Shown one piece after another: positions 1-12,717 of a DNA stretch of 64,000 nucleotides (position 1 is the first letter of the stretch; every line of letters starts with the position of its first letter). Under the pieces are notes generated by a model. That model searched no databases. It was not told the origin of the DNA and saw only the letters and a program-made list of their open reading frames with translations. A program made the position numbers and the translations under genes. This stretch comes from Antedon mediterranea (taxonomy: Eukaryota; Animalia; Echinodermata), in the NCBI RefSeq assembly GCF_964355755.1, contig NC_092679.1, forward strand, positions 16,475,432 through 16,539,431. The letters run 5' to 3'.

Positions 1-2408
1 GCGATTGAGGGCCCTGGCCCCTGGATGATGCTGAATGTTTTTATTATATAAATAGTACCCACAAATATTTAAGGGTCTGGTGGGGTGTGGAGTAGTTGCT
101 TAAAAGATCAAATGACTAGTAGATTTGAGAGAAGAACTATTACTATAGGTTGACTAGAAAAAAAAACAAGAAATGGTCCAAATGTGATGATACTTAATAA
201 ACTGGATATTCATTTACAAAATTATTAAATATACTATATTTGCAAACAAATATTTTGTATTGAAAAGACACCAAAATGATTATAAAATGCTTTAAATATC
301 ATTTAAATGTTTAAATAACATTTTAAAATAATAATGATGTAGAATAGGGGACCACATAGAGGTTGGCTGTAGTGTATTGTTAAGACATAATATTTCCCCT
401 TGTTTCACAAAGTGTCCCCTTTTTTAAGGATGTCCCTAAAGGTGGTGTTTGACTAATAGTATAGTTATATATTTAATAATACTGTATATTAAATATAATA
501 TAATAATATAAAAATTAGATTAGAATAAAATTACATCCAAATTATTAACCAATATAAACTCTACAAATTCTTTATAATTTGTAAATCCAAACACTGCATT
601 TGCCAATAGAAATGTCTTAGAATGCAGTTTCTGACGTATCGTCAGAAAATGTGATGAATGAATAAATTCACGTTTCATGACATTTCAAATACTTTCGTCG
701 TATAATTTGCTTTCATCGTATCAATGATACGACTAACAGTTTTTAAGTGATGGCTTTCTGTCAGTATGCGTTATATTTACCTGTGATATAGTAGTACGAC
801 ATAAAAACGTACATGTATTTTTATGTAAGCAGAACTGTATATGTGACCTGCTTAATTATAACAAATTATTGATCATTTCTGTACTTAAAATGACTATTAA
901 TATGAGCTTGTACTGTATGTATTTTTAAGTGCAAGTCAGGGCTAAAAAACAAGTATAATTTTCTACTGTTTTATATGACATTTAGTTTTAAACGTGTGTT
1001 AAAAGGTCCAATTATTTAAATATCAACATGCACAGGGTTCATAATAAAAAAATGCAAATAAAGTTCTGCTTCCCAAACCTTTCAGTGTTCATTATACATA
1101 CACTATTACACCAGAACATCCCTGTTCTTTGCAAATCAAAAGCTCCTTATGATAATATTAGATGAGGATTAAAAAAATCCATATAGATTCACAACAAAAA
1201 ACTGCTCAGCTCAGTTTGATGAGTTTTTACAAGATATGCTTACCAATTATTTTGGTTTTATTATACCAGAGGATATACGGTAGTGTAAAAGGAATAAACA
1301 TTGTAAGTCTGAAAAAAAAAATAGATTAGTTAGAACATTACCACAAGATGTTCAGGAAACACTTTGTTCAAAAACACATTCCTTGACCTTAAAGCTGTTA
1401 AAGTCAATGTTATAAATAATTAGATTTTATATGGAGGTTCTGAAATTGAACAATTATTCTATAGAAAATGTGTTTCTTTGTCCAACACGCACAGTTCATA
1501 CTCATTATAAATTTTGGAATAATGTATCTTTAAATTGGTTTTAAATTACATGATGCATATAATATAGTATGTTCTAAAATACTTAGCAATCCGGCTTAAA
1601 GAAAAAAATCAGTAAAACAGAGAAAGATATTTTGGAAAAATCATAATACCAATTCTTTCCCATATATGACCTCGTAATAGTGGAGGAGTTTGAATTTGGG
1701 GAAAATTAGGGGGAAAATTAGGGGGAAATTACCTTAATAACTCAAATTAGGCCTACATACATTAGTCAGTGGGATTTGAGCCATATTTGCATATTTATAT
1801 GTTTAATTATTGATTGTTTGCAATTGAGAATGTGCCGAAGTTTAATAGTTTATAATTTAAGCATTTTAAGCAATAATGTCCAAATTAAAATCATAAAAAA
1901 ATGAGTTTTTCTAAATTAATATTATTACAGCCACAATATATTTTACACATACGTGTACACAGTACAGAAAGCGCAACAACGAACGGCAGAACATTTTTTT
2001 CGCTCTTCGACAGAGTTGCTTATTGGACTAATGTGCTTATTCGATCATTTACGGTGTATAGCTGAACACCTTTTATAAAATTATCAGATGTTAGAATATG
2101 CATACATATCGCTCTGTGAAATACACGATAGATGAAATGATATACTATGCAAATGTGTTCTTGAAATTGGAGTACTGCATAGAATACTAGTTTATTTGGT
2201 CTTTATACAATTTTAAGTGTTTTATACAATAATGTTTGTCTTCAAATATAAAGTGTAAATAATCTTTATCATTTCCCTGAATTTTTAGTAGCAATAATAT
2301 CCCTGGAATTGGGTTATTCAAATTTTAAGTGCAAACAGTTTTAAATTTGTGTACACAGTATAGGTGTCCAAGGGATGGGGGAAGCAGGCAAGGACTCCTG
2401 AATTGTTA

Positions 2409-2568
2409 AGCTCTTTCTACTGTACACTATCACTGTACACTAGTTTGACAAAAAAAGTGTGATATGTAGTGATATGCCCAAATATGGTAGTGATATGACA
2501 TTAGCATGTCCATATATAGGCACATCACATTTTTTGGTCACATAAAGTTTGATAGTGTAGATAAGGCT
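2409..2568. mobile_element. MITE family A (PIF/Harbinger-like), degenerate copy
   Basis: TIR AGCTCT(G)TCTACACTATC...GATAGTGTAGA(C)AG(A)GCT with TTA/TAA flanks; 8 copies in window. Confidence 0.8.
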
Positions 2569-3372
2569 TAAAAGATAGAACAATAGGTTAGCACTTTTTA
2601 GACCCTCAGGCTGCTTATTTTAAAATCCTGGATCCACCCACTGATACTTAGTGCAAATACTGAGTATAGTTCATAACATTTACTATTTACTTAAATTTTG
2701 AGTAATGTACCACCTGTATACACAGTATTATATTTGCTACCCTATGTCCCTGATGAACACTACTTCATTGAGTCAAAACAATAAGTACATTTGTTTTTAG
2801 CTTGAAAATAATCTTTATGTTGATTGAGAACAAGTATTTTTAGTCTACACAAATCAGTTTATTATTGAATTGTTCAAATAATTAAATCAAATCATTGTTC
2901 TTTTAAAGTTCTCCACAAAAAGATTTATAGCACTAAAGTGTTTGAGCCAATGATCTTGACTGCTCACATGGGCTTATAATGGATAAGATCAGGGTTACAG
3001 AGTACATTTGGGTGTAGACAAGGTCCCTTCGGATTGGAGGGTCATGTAATAACCCAGTATCAGGTGTTGATATATACTTAATGTTATACCATACTTTAAT
3101 TTCAATATATTTCCACAATATTATAACATACATGATATACACAATGACATATAATGTTATGAGTAGTTTGTTAATAAATAAAATTGCATATAATAAATAC
3201 AATGAAAAGTAGTTCAGTCATGTGGTGGGTGGAGAGTCATATATAATTCACAAAGACTTTAAGTTCGACCAACCAAAGATATAACATTAAATACGAAAAA
3301 GAAAAAAATTACATTACATAAACTATATATAATAGAGTCGCTATCCAATCGAGTTTGAACAATACCATGAAA

Positions 3373-3444
3373 GCCCCAGTGGTCCAATGGTTAGGGCAAC
3401 TGCATATCAAGCAGACGGTCCGAGTTCGAGTCTCAGTTGGGGCG
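3373..3444 (+). tRNA. tRNA-like gene or pseudogene, apparent anticodon ATC
   Basis: 72 nt; acceptor stem GCCCCAG/TTGGGGC, D stem GTCC/GGGC, anticodon stem CTGC/GCAG, T loop GTTCGAGTC; T5 run at 3447-3451. Confidence 0.55.
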
Positions 3445-3825
3445 ACTTTTTCTCATTCTCACAGATTTCCTCATCTTTATCGTTTCAAATTAATTAAATT
3501 TCAGTATATCACCGGGCGGTTTAAAATTAATGTTCTTTGCCTGATTTGTTTATATAAAAGAAAAAAAAGCTACAATTTCTATTTAAACCACTTCATCTGA
3601 TCTTAACTGGTCTTATGAAATATATATTTAACGTTCATCATATCTTGATAGTACTGTAGGCTGGTGGCCAACATTACAGTAGTTGACCATTGCATAGCTA
3701 CTATACTTACAATGTGTTTATATGGGTATTATATGGGTATATGGGTATGAAGGAAATATAATTCCTCCGTGGAGACATATTCAACAAATTGAATTGAAGC
3801 CTATTTTTCTTATTTGTCATTAAAA

Positions 3826-4380
3826 TTTCTGGAAATATATTAGTAATTAGAATTAATTAGTTTCATCTTTTATCCAAATAACTAAAATTGTATTTACTTA
3901 TTTTTCATCAAGTAGTCCAATATCCACTCCAATAATAAAAATTATGTAAATCTATGATTTATACAACAATATTTATTATTATTCTTTTACTTTTATGTTA
4001 ATTATTATTTATTTGTGACTTTCATTGAAATTTCTAGAAATATATTAGTTAGAATTAATTAATTTTCATCATTTTTTTTATCCAAATAACTATTGTGTTT
4101 ACTTATTTTTTTATTAAGGCCAATATCCACTCCAATAATTAAAATTATGTAAATCTACGATTTATACAACAATACTTGTTATGTTAATTAAATATGTCAA
4201 TATAATTTCAATATCTTCTATGGCCTTATTTGGTAATAGAGAGATTACGTTGTTACCATGACTACTGTATATATTTTATTTATTTATTTATTCTATTCTT
4301 ATTCATCAATTATCCAATCCAATATTTTAAATTATGTAAATCTATGATTCATAGCACAGAATATTTGTTATTGTGTGCTA
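3826..4380. repeat. degenerate direct repeat of about 200 bp, 3 copies
   Basis: TCCAATA..AAAATTATGTAAATCTA(T/C)GATT recurs near 3930, 4135 and 4320. Confidence 0.7.
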
Positions 4381-4658
4381 ATTAAAAACAAATATTAAAG
4401 TAATGGAATCTTCTTTGTTATGGTTTCATTAATTGAGTTATGTATAGAATACAATGCTCTTCTCCTTTGTCTCTGTAATTGAGTTAAATGCTGTACAAAT
4501 AATACAGTATTTGCCACTTGTCCCTGGAATGAGTAAACCTATTATAGGTCTATCCATGGCAATATATGAATAATAATGCAGGTTAATTAAACAATAAAAA
4601 TAAAGGACAGTAATGCTATTTATAGTGTTTACAGTATAAATTAAAATACGCACTTTAA

Positions 4659-4964
4659 AGACGTACGTCCCCCTGAAAAATATTTTGTTTTGTTTAATAA
4701 TGCCATTTTAATGTCACATATAAGTTATCCATTTTGAAAATTGGATCTAAACAAAATTTATTTACCTGAAAAAACTGTAATCAAGCAAAAAATTGTCAAA
4801 TTGGCTGCCATTGTCAGACAATGGATTTTTTGTTGAGTTTAACCGGTGAAAAAAATTTTTTTTTCCTACAGAAGTGATTAACTTTATTAAAAATACAAAA
4901 TAACATATTCAAAGTCTGATTTAATTAATCTTCATTTTTCATATTTTTGGGGGAAAATACATCT
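4659..4964. mobile_element. Kolobok-like MITE
   Basis: TTAA|AGACGTACGTCCCC...GGGGAAAATACATCT|TTAA; second copy near 46503-46798. Confidence 0.7.
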
Positions 4965-5475
4965 TTAATATTCAGGGAAGTATAAAAATACCTCCCTGCT
5001 TCATTAAAGCAACAATTCGGCTCAAATCAGGGAATATTTTCACAGTGTAGCAGTAGCCAATGATCCACAATACCTATTACAATGTTATTGCTACATATTT
5101 ATCAAATGATGTAGCCAAAAATGCAATACAAAACTACAGTATGTTTTAAAGTCCAAATTTCTGATTAATCAGCAGAATATTGCTAATCAAAATTTTCTAA
5201 TAAAAATTGTCTCTGGAAAATTAACTGAAAATTGAAATTCTAAAGTACAAAGCAAAAAGAATATATATTTAAAAAAAAACCATTTTGACGCTAAAGCCAG
5301 TCAAATGAGAAGTTGTATTAGGAAAAAGGTGTGGAACGAACCAATTCAATTCAATTTATTCTCACAAGATAAATGAGAGTTTGAGAAGTAGAATGCACTA
5401 ATATGCTGGAGAAACCTAAACTTAAATAAGCCCAGAGGGCTTAAAGGCTAGTTCCACCAGGAACAATACATTTAC

Positions 5476-5648
5476 AAATACCAGACTCTCTGAAAACCGG
5501 AAACTCTCCCAAAACCAGACTTTTCTTGAGGTGCAAAAAGGTCCCAAATTCATTTTTACCATTAGAAACACATTCTGAATACAGACTTGCCGGAAAACCA
5601 GACATAATTCGCCAGCCCAAAGGTATCCAGTATTGGGAGAGTTGACTG
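5476..5648 (-). mobile_element. Tc1/mariner-like MITE family E
   Basis: ends GGGAGAGTTGACTG|TA; body shared with 6281, 13137 and 34119 copies. Confidence 0.7.
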
Positions 5649-6280
5649 TACTGTATATACAAGCAGTACATGACAATAATTAGCTAGTTAAATATTATCA
5701 TTGGAAATTTCATCATTTAAGTTAACAACATACGGAATCAGATTGCAAAAATCACAGAACCCGATTGGTTGAGGTTACCTGTAATCGCCGTTTATGTTAA
5801 AACTACACTGTTAACGCGATGAGACTAAAAGGTTAAACCAAATTACGATTGGGTTGAACTTTTTATCACGCCCAATTACTATTACATCATACCCAATCAT
5901 CCATAAATATTTTTGTATACATAAAGGACACGCGATAGATAATTCAAGTGTTTAAAAATATATTACTTCATCATGATACCAATTGTTTTGGAGACGCAGT
6001 TGTGTTATGTACAAGTTTTCATCCATAATATTTTACATAACAATTGTATATAAACTATCATTGTTGATTTAATTATATTTACACATCGCACATTTTCTGA
6101 GGATAATCAATGGTTTATGGTGGTAACGCAGATGCTTACTATTTGCATGGTTCAATACGAAATTGAAATATTTAAATTTGTCAAAATGAAAAGATGACAA
6201 ATTTATATGCAAATGTTTCATTCAAAGTCTTGCACTATATGCATGCATTGTAATGGTGATGCTAAAATTGTAATACAGTT

Positions 6281-6422
6281 CAGTCAACTCTCCCAATACA
6301 GACACCTTTAGGATGCCCAAATATGTTGGGTTTCCAGAAAGTCTGGTATTCTGAATTTGTTTTTAATGGTAAAAATGAATTTCGGACTGTTTGGAAAATT
6401 CTGGTATTTGGAGAGTTGACTA
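6281..6422 (+). mobile_element. Tc1/mariner-like MITE family E
   Basis: TIR CAGTCAACTCTCC...GGAGAGTTGACT. Confidence 0.75.
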
Positions 6423-6496
6423 TCTAATAACAACAATTTATTTGATAACATGTAGAATTATGTTTTTAAAAAAGCCCAAAAAAATTTAATATAGTA

Positions 6497-6948
6497 CAGT
6501 AAACTTTCCTCAATACCAGGCTGTCTGAAAACCAGACTTTTTCCCCCGAGTGCAAAAGCTTCAAAATTCTTTTTTAAATTAAAATTAATAATTAATTAAA
6601 AACACAATCAGAATAACAGACTTTCTCAAAAACAGATTGAGTTGACATTATATTGCATGATTAAATTTTGACTAAAACTGGCTGATATTACTTCACAAAA
6701 GAAGGAAAATAAAAGGTCCAACACCAGACACCCCTCGGGCTGGTCAAATATGTCTAATTTTTCATAAATGTTTGTTTTTTAAGATGTGTTTTTTATGCAC
6801 CCGATTCCCAGTGCTGTATCCCCACATACTATCTATTTCCGAAGTATCATAGGAATATTTGATACAACATCTCATTCATATCACATGTGGTGCCTGTATC
6901 ATGTAAGGTTAAAAGTCTGGTTTTCAGTTTCCAGAAAGAGTGGACTGT
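6497..6948. mobile_element. two further degenerate family E copies, the second interrupted by a foreign segment of about 105 bp
   Basis: AATACCAG..GTCTGAAAACCAGACTTTT and ACCAGACACCCCTCGGGCTGG motifs; end GAGTGGACTG|TA. Confidence 0.55.
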
Positions 6949-7196
6949 ATTCCAACTTCACACCATTTAACATCTATGATATTATTTTGGAAAACGAATT
7001 CATTGAATTATGCTCTCAATGATCAGAATGTGAATTGATCTTTCTTGTCGTGTCGTATGGAATTACTGCACAGCAGGTACGGTAACGGTATCCTTGTTAC
7101 CCGTTAGTCATTGCGTATCAATTATTGAACCGGTAACTTAACTCTAACCTGGAGTATTACGTTCTTGAGTCATGGATATCAATGCCCTATTATTAA

Positions 7197-7341
7197 AGCT
7201 TCGTGTACACTATCAAAGTAGTTAGATATCCCCAAATATGGTAGTGATTCACCCAAATATGGTAGTGATATGACATCATCATGTCCATATATGGGCACAT
7301 CACATTTTTGTCACATACAGTTTGATAGTGTAGACAGAGCT
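7197..7341. mobile_element. MITE family A (PIF/Harbinger-like)
   Basis: TAA|AGCT...CAGAGCT|TAA, matching 3-bp TSD. Confidence 0.85.
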
Positions 7342-8158
7342 TAAGAATGCACATTTTGGCAAAGTTAGTTTAGTGTGGACGAAACTTTCCATATCTCTAT
7401 AAAATTTACTTAATTTTTAAACTAACTGTTTTTTAATATAAAAAACAAATTCAACCATTATCTGCTTCGATAAACAATATTGTAATCTGAGATTTTAATT
7501 ACTCTGTATATAAGCAATACTTTCACAATTGTATGGCGCTTGATGCCAAATATAGCAACGTACTAGTAAACAATTAATGATGGTACATAGATTACTGCCA
7601 GAACTTTACAAAAAGCCATACACATCGTAAGATCCAACTGTTTAAAGTTAGTCAGTAATGATTGCCTTCATAACTACGCTCTATACTAGTTTCGTATTCT
7701 ACCCTAAACAGCTACACACCCTAGGAATGTTACCATGGGATCCCTGTGGTGTGACTTGATGTGTAATTGTACCCCGGAGTCTGTCACAACAAACATTCTA
7801 AGATGGTTTAACTGGGTGTGACCATGTATAAATATGTGTGTAATTGTTTACCACAAGGCACTGTAATTATTAAACAATTTGAAAAATTGCTAGAACAAAT
7901 AAAAACAATGTTTAATTAAAAAAAAAATTAATTAAAATTAACTACTAAGAAAATGTATATTTTTCATTTACTGATTCTCTTCATTTGCATGTGCCACATG
8001 TTATACATGCTCATAGTTTCTGAGTGTGCACAGAATGACTTTTCGACTCGACAGTGGGGTTCCCGACAAAGGAAAGTTGATAGAAGATGAAAAGTGATAT
8101 TTATAGTCTGTGCTCTAAATTGCTCTCTGCAATAAATGCCATGGGAAATGTACTCGAC

Positions 8159-8297
8159 CAGGGGCAGATCTAGAGGGCCCCGGCCGATCCGCCAGATTAC
8201 AAAAAAAATTAAAAATAGGACATCAAATTAAGTTCAACCATTTTGAGGCCTTTCCTCCCCCCCCCCCCCTCTATTTCAAAATCCTGATCCGTACCTG
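8159..8297. mobile_element. hAT-like MITE remnant
   Basis: CAGGGGCAGATC...GATCCGTACCTG imperfect TIR; related ends near 2643 and 27785; no TSD seen. Confidence 0.4.
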
Positions 8298-8929
8298 TCG
8301 GTTTCCTAGCTTTCAATCTGTAGCTCAATCACTACAGTATGTACCCATTTCTACTCGTTGGTATATTGTACAGTGATATGAAAAAGGAATTAAACATGTA
8401 GCAAATAACAAGGCAACCTTCATCAATTCTATGTGTTACATCTTATTGTTTGACATTTGAAAGCAGATGACTTCTAGTGACATCATACATAATTATTTAT
8501 TCATAGAGTTTCACCTTCTCATGGAAAAACTACTATTTAATGGTTCCGGTAGACTAATTGAAACAGCCATGAATAAGTTGTGCAGGTATCCAAACCAATG
8601 ATGCATTATATAATATAGTATTACTGTAAATATTAAATAGACATTAAACAAATGTTTGCAAAAACAATTGATGGTAGATAATGTATTGTAGCACAACTTT
8701 TGGTAATATATTTTGAATAGCAATATCTGTGTGGGTGAACAAATCGCAGGGTGATGAATACCGTACAAAGATCTGAAGAAAAACAGTGCTATAAAGCATA
8801 TACTGTAAGCAGACGAAAGGGGGTCAGGTAAACTTTGAAAATGAAAAATAGAAAGATAGGACATGCAGTTTGAGCGCTTAATGTTGAAATATTTATGACC
8901 TACAGTATTTATTCATTTTGTTTTTTCAG

Positions 8930-9043
8930 GATGGTGAAGATTACGATATTGAAGTAGATATTGATAATGTTTTACTATTAGATGAAACAGAACGATATAG
9001 TAATTTAAAAGATTTATTGCGAGATGCATCTAAACCTACAGAC
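8930..9043 (+). CDS. PPP1R14: PPP1R14/CPI-17 family PP1 inhibitor, penultimate coding exon
   Basis: TTTTTTCAG|...|GTAAGT, 114 nt, phase 0/0; DGEDYDIEVDIDNVLLLDETERYSNLKDLLRDASKPTD fits the family pattern EIDIDELL..E..R...L..LL.DC.KPTE. Confidence 0.8.
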
Positions 9044-9512
9044 GTAAGTATAAGGATTTAATATTAACAGATAGAGAAAATATAATAAAAATAATGGTCA
9101 ATTATGTAAAAGCACCCCCCCCCCCCCTTTTTTTCCCACATACACTCCCCTGAAAACATCTGGGGATTTTAATAGCGAGCCTGTATTTCAATTGAATAAT
9201 TTTTTATGCCCAGCACTAAACACTTGATATGGTGTTAAAATGCTTTAATTTATAATGAATACAGGTTGGTAGGGTTGTCTATAAATAAACCAAATTTTCA
9301 TTTATTATAAATAAAAATTTATTGAAATACACATGCAGTTGCGACAACTGATAATTAATTAACAAAAGGCCAAATTTAACCAATTTACGTTAGTGCTTGC
9401 TTCATTGAACATGTCAAAAACATCAATTTGTAAAAAATGATTTGTCAAAAAGGCTCTATATTAAAAAGTTATTTATACCGTTTTGTAAACATGGCAGTGA
9501 CGGTACTGATCC

Positions 9513-9548
9513 CATAGAGATATTATAGTTCACTATAATATCTCTATG
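9513..9548. mobile_element. 36-bp palindromic insertion with 7-bp TSD (P-superfamily-type scar or micro-element)
   Basis: CTGATCC|CATAGAGATATTATAGT-TC-ACTATAATATCTCTATG|CTGATCC. Confidence 0.8.
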
Positions 9549-9849
9549 CTGATCCTGATGGTTGTATAAAACGTGGCATATAGGTACCTTTTTGTGTGTT
9601 TTATTAGGTCTTATTTAAAAGGTGGTGTGAAGGGGATTTTAATTTCCTAAAATACTGTTTGCATAACTGGGTGGGTTGCTCTGACAAAAAGAATCAATTG
9701 TACAGAACCAATCTCGTACAAGGGTAATGTAAATAAGAATGGATGGCGACAAAGGAAGCCTTCTTGGTACAGTTGCTGTTAATATAATCATCACATATGG
9801 GATGATTACCTACTGTACAGTGTGATGATGACATAGTGGGATCATGTGT

Positions 9850-11065
9850 GATCATTACACGAATCATTACACATGTGATCATACAATGTGAACATACATG
9901 TCTGATCATACAATGTGAACATACATGTCTGATCATACAATGTGAACACACATGTCTGATCATACAATGTGAGCATACATGTCTGATCATACAATGTGAA
10001 CATACATTGTGAGCATACATGTCTGATCATACAATGTGAGCATACAGGTCTGATCATACAATGTGAGCATACATGTCTGATCATACAATGTGAACATACA
10101 TGTCTGATCATACAATGTGAACATACATGTCTGATCATACAATGTGACCATACATGTCTGATCATACAATGTGAACATACATGTCTGATCATAGAATGTG
10201 ATCATAGAATGTGAACATACATGTCTGATCATACAATGTGAACATACATGTCTGATCATACAATGTGAACATACATGTCTGATCATATATTGTGAGCATA
10301 CTTACATGTCTGATCATACAATGTGAGCATACATGTCTGATCATACAATGTGAACATACATGTCTGATCATACAATGTGAACATACATGTCTTATACAAT
10401 GTGAACATACATGTCTTATACAATGTGAACATACATGTCTGATCATACAATGTGAACATACATGTCTGATCATACAATGTGAACATACATGTCTGATCAT
10501 ACAATGTGAACATACATGTCTGATCATACGATGTGAACATACATGTCAGATCATACAATGTGAACATACATGTCTGATCATACAATGTGAACATACATGT
10601 CTGATCATACAATGTAAACATACATGTCTGATCATATATTGTGAGCATACATGTCTGATCATACAATGTGAGCATACATGTCTGATCATACAATGTGAAC
10701 ATACATGTCTGATCATACAATGTGAACATACATGTCTGATCATACAATGTGAACATACATGTCTGATCATACAATGTGAACATACATGTCTTATACAATG
10801 TGAACATACATGTCTTATACAATGTGAACATACATGTCTGATCATATATTGTGAGCATACATGTCTGATCATACAATGTGAACATACATGTCTGATCATA
10901 CAATGTGAACATACATGTCTGATCATACAATGTGAACATACATGTCTGATCATACAATGTGAACATACATGTCTGATCACACAATGTGAACATACATGTC
11001 TGATCACACAATGTGAACATACATGTCTGATCATACAATGTGAACATACACATCTGATCAATACA
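9850..11065. repeat. 27-bp minisatellite, about 44 copies
   Basis: unit CATACAATGTGAACATACATGTCTGAT, with 24-bp and ATATT variants. Confidence 0.97.
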
Positions 11066-12069
11066 CATGTAGTCAATACACACATAAACTGTACATTAGA
11101 TGGAAAATCGGGAGCAGACTATGACGTAAGCTAGTTTAATTTTAGTACACAGCATCATTTTTATGTGTCATATATGAGATACTAAAATACATTATACATC
11201 CTATACATATGATAAATCACATTCTAGCTAGAGTTCCACTATAATACTGCGGTTGGTTGGTAATCATGTTCTTTGGCTAACCTGTAATTTTACAATCTAA
11301 ATGTCTTTGTGTGCTTTAACAAAGCCTTTCAATTGTTACATGATTTAAAAGATCTCCAAAAATAAGTCAGGCAGATAATACCTCTTTCAAAAGGCTTGAA
11401 TAAAAGAGATGAATTTACTGGTTAAGTGGTTTTCTCATAAAATACCCCCTTCCACCATACCCCCACTTTTGGTATAATATACCATAGCCAGAATAGTACT
11501 ACAGTAATTGCATAGTACTTTAATAATTAGCTTAAAATATAATTTACTTAAAGATATATTGTTCCTCTAAACATTTATTTCTATATATAGATTCTATTGT
11601 CTGAAATAAAGAATTAAAAAAAATATTACAGTATAGTATATCACATTTACATAAATCCATTAATATATTATTCCTTAATAAACAAAACCCAAAAGTGAGA
11701 TAATTATTAGTTATTCTAATTAGCTAATTGCAATCAATCCTAAATCCCATGGGGATGTAAATTGCGTCTTACAAATTACGTCAACACATCGCGCATTTAG
11801 TTTGTTATTCAAGTCTCGCAGCACGAATGCATGGTAATTTAGAGAGAAATGTAAATGGTTTTTGTGGTACTGTACATTTGGATGAGTCATATTGGTGTTT
11901 AACATAATATGCTGAATCCCTGGTTAATTATTACACTGCTATCAATACTACATTTGATGATAGGTTTTAGCTCAGTGAAGCATATACTGGAAGTTCTGAT
12001 GTATTAATGCTCAAATTCCATATATAAATAATGTTCAAATGATGCTTTCATATTATTATCCTGTGTTAT

Positions 12070-12255
12070 TATCCTCCAACATACTTCCATAATGTTGCAG
12101 CCAGTAATCAGCGCAGTTGGTGCTTTGATCTAACCAGATACCATTTGTAGGTGGACAGAGTGTCTTGCCTAAAGGAAACACGCAATGCGCCAAGCATGTA
12201 TTAGACTCGAACTCGCGACCAAAAGTTCCAACACACTATACACAACACGCTCTCA
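12070..12255 (-). mobile_element. degenerate tRNA-derived SINE, same family as 57862
   Basis: AGTAATCAGCGCA..TTGATCTAACC..TCTTGCCTAAAGGA shared with 30155 and 57862 copies. Confidence 0.6.
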
Positions 12256-12717
12256 GTAGCAGGCCTGGGGCTAATAATTATGGACAGTTATAATTCTGAA
12301 ATATATTTATTTTTTTACTAGCACCTTCAGCAGTAGAACTGCCTTAAGGCATGGACAAGATGCTATACTTTTCATTAGGCTATGCTCCTCAAGGGTCATT
12401 TCTTGTCACTACATCCATTAAACTTTATTTGCTCTGATGCTTCCAGACCTGACCATTTCATCAATGTCTACACTCTATATGTTGTTCTTAGAAATATGCA
12501 ACATGCCATTGACATTGTTTGTTTTCCAGGAAAATGTATGTTTACTGTGGAATACCATTGATACCGCAATCTTTCCTGTTCACAGTAGACCACACATTAT
12601 AGAAAAAGGTTGGATGTATCTGGTTAATAAACTTCTTTCGTTTATAATGGACGGATAATTAAAATTCCTCTTTTAGGAAACTGTAGAGCGTAATGATTGT
12701 CTGACTTAAATTGCAAA

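Noticed and set aside
1698-1731. (GGGGGAAAATTA)3 as telomeric repeat or G-quadruplex
   Set aside because: Only three G tracts and not TTAGGG tandem; a short local repeat.
11100-11125. Possible micro-exon AG|ATGGAAAATCGGGAGCAGACTATGAC|GTAAGC in PPP1R14
   Set aside because: 26 nt would shift the frame, and there is no pyrimidine tract.
9694-11134. Long Cys/His-rich repetitive ORFs on both strands
   Set aside because: By-products of the 27-bp minisatellite; several frames are open and the region lies in an intron.
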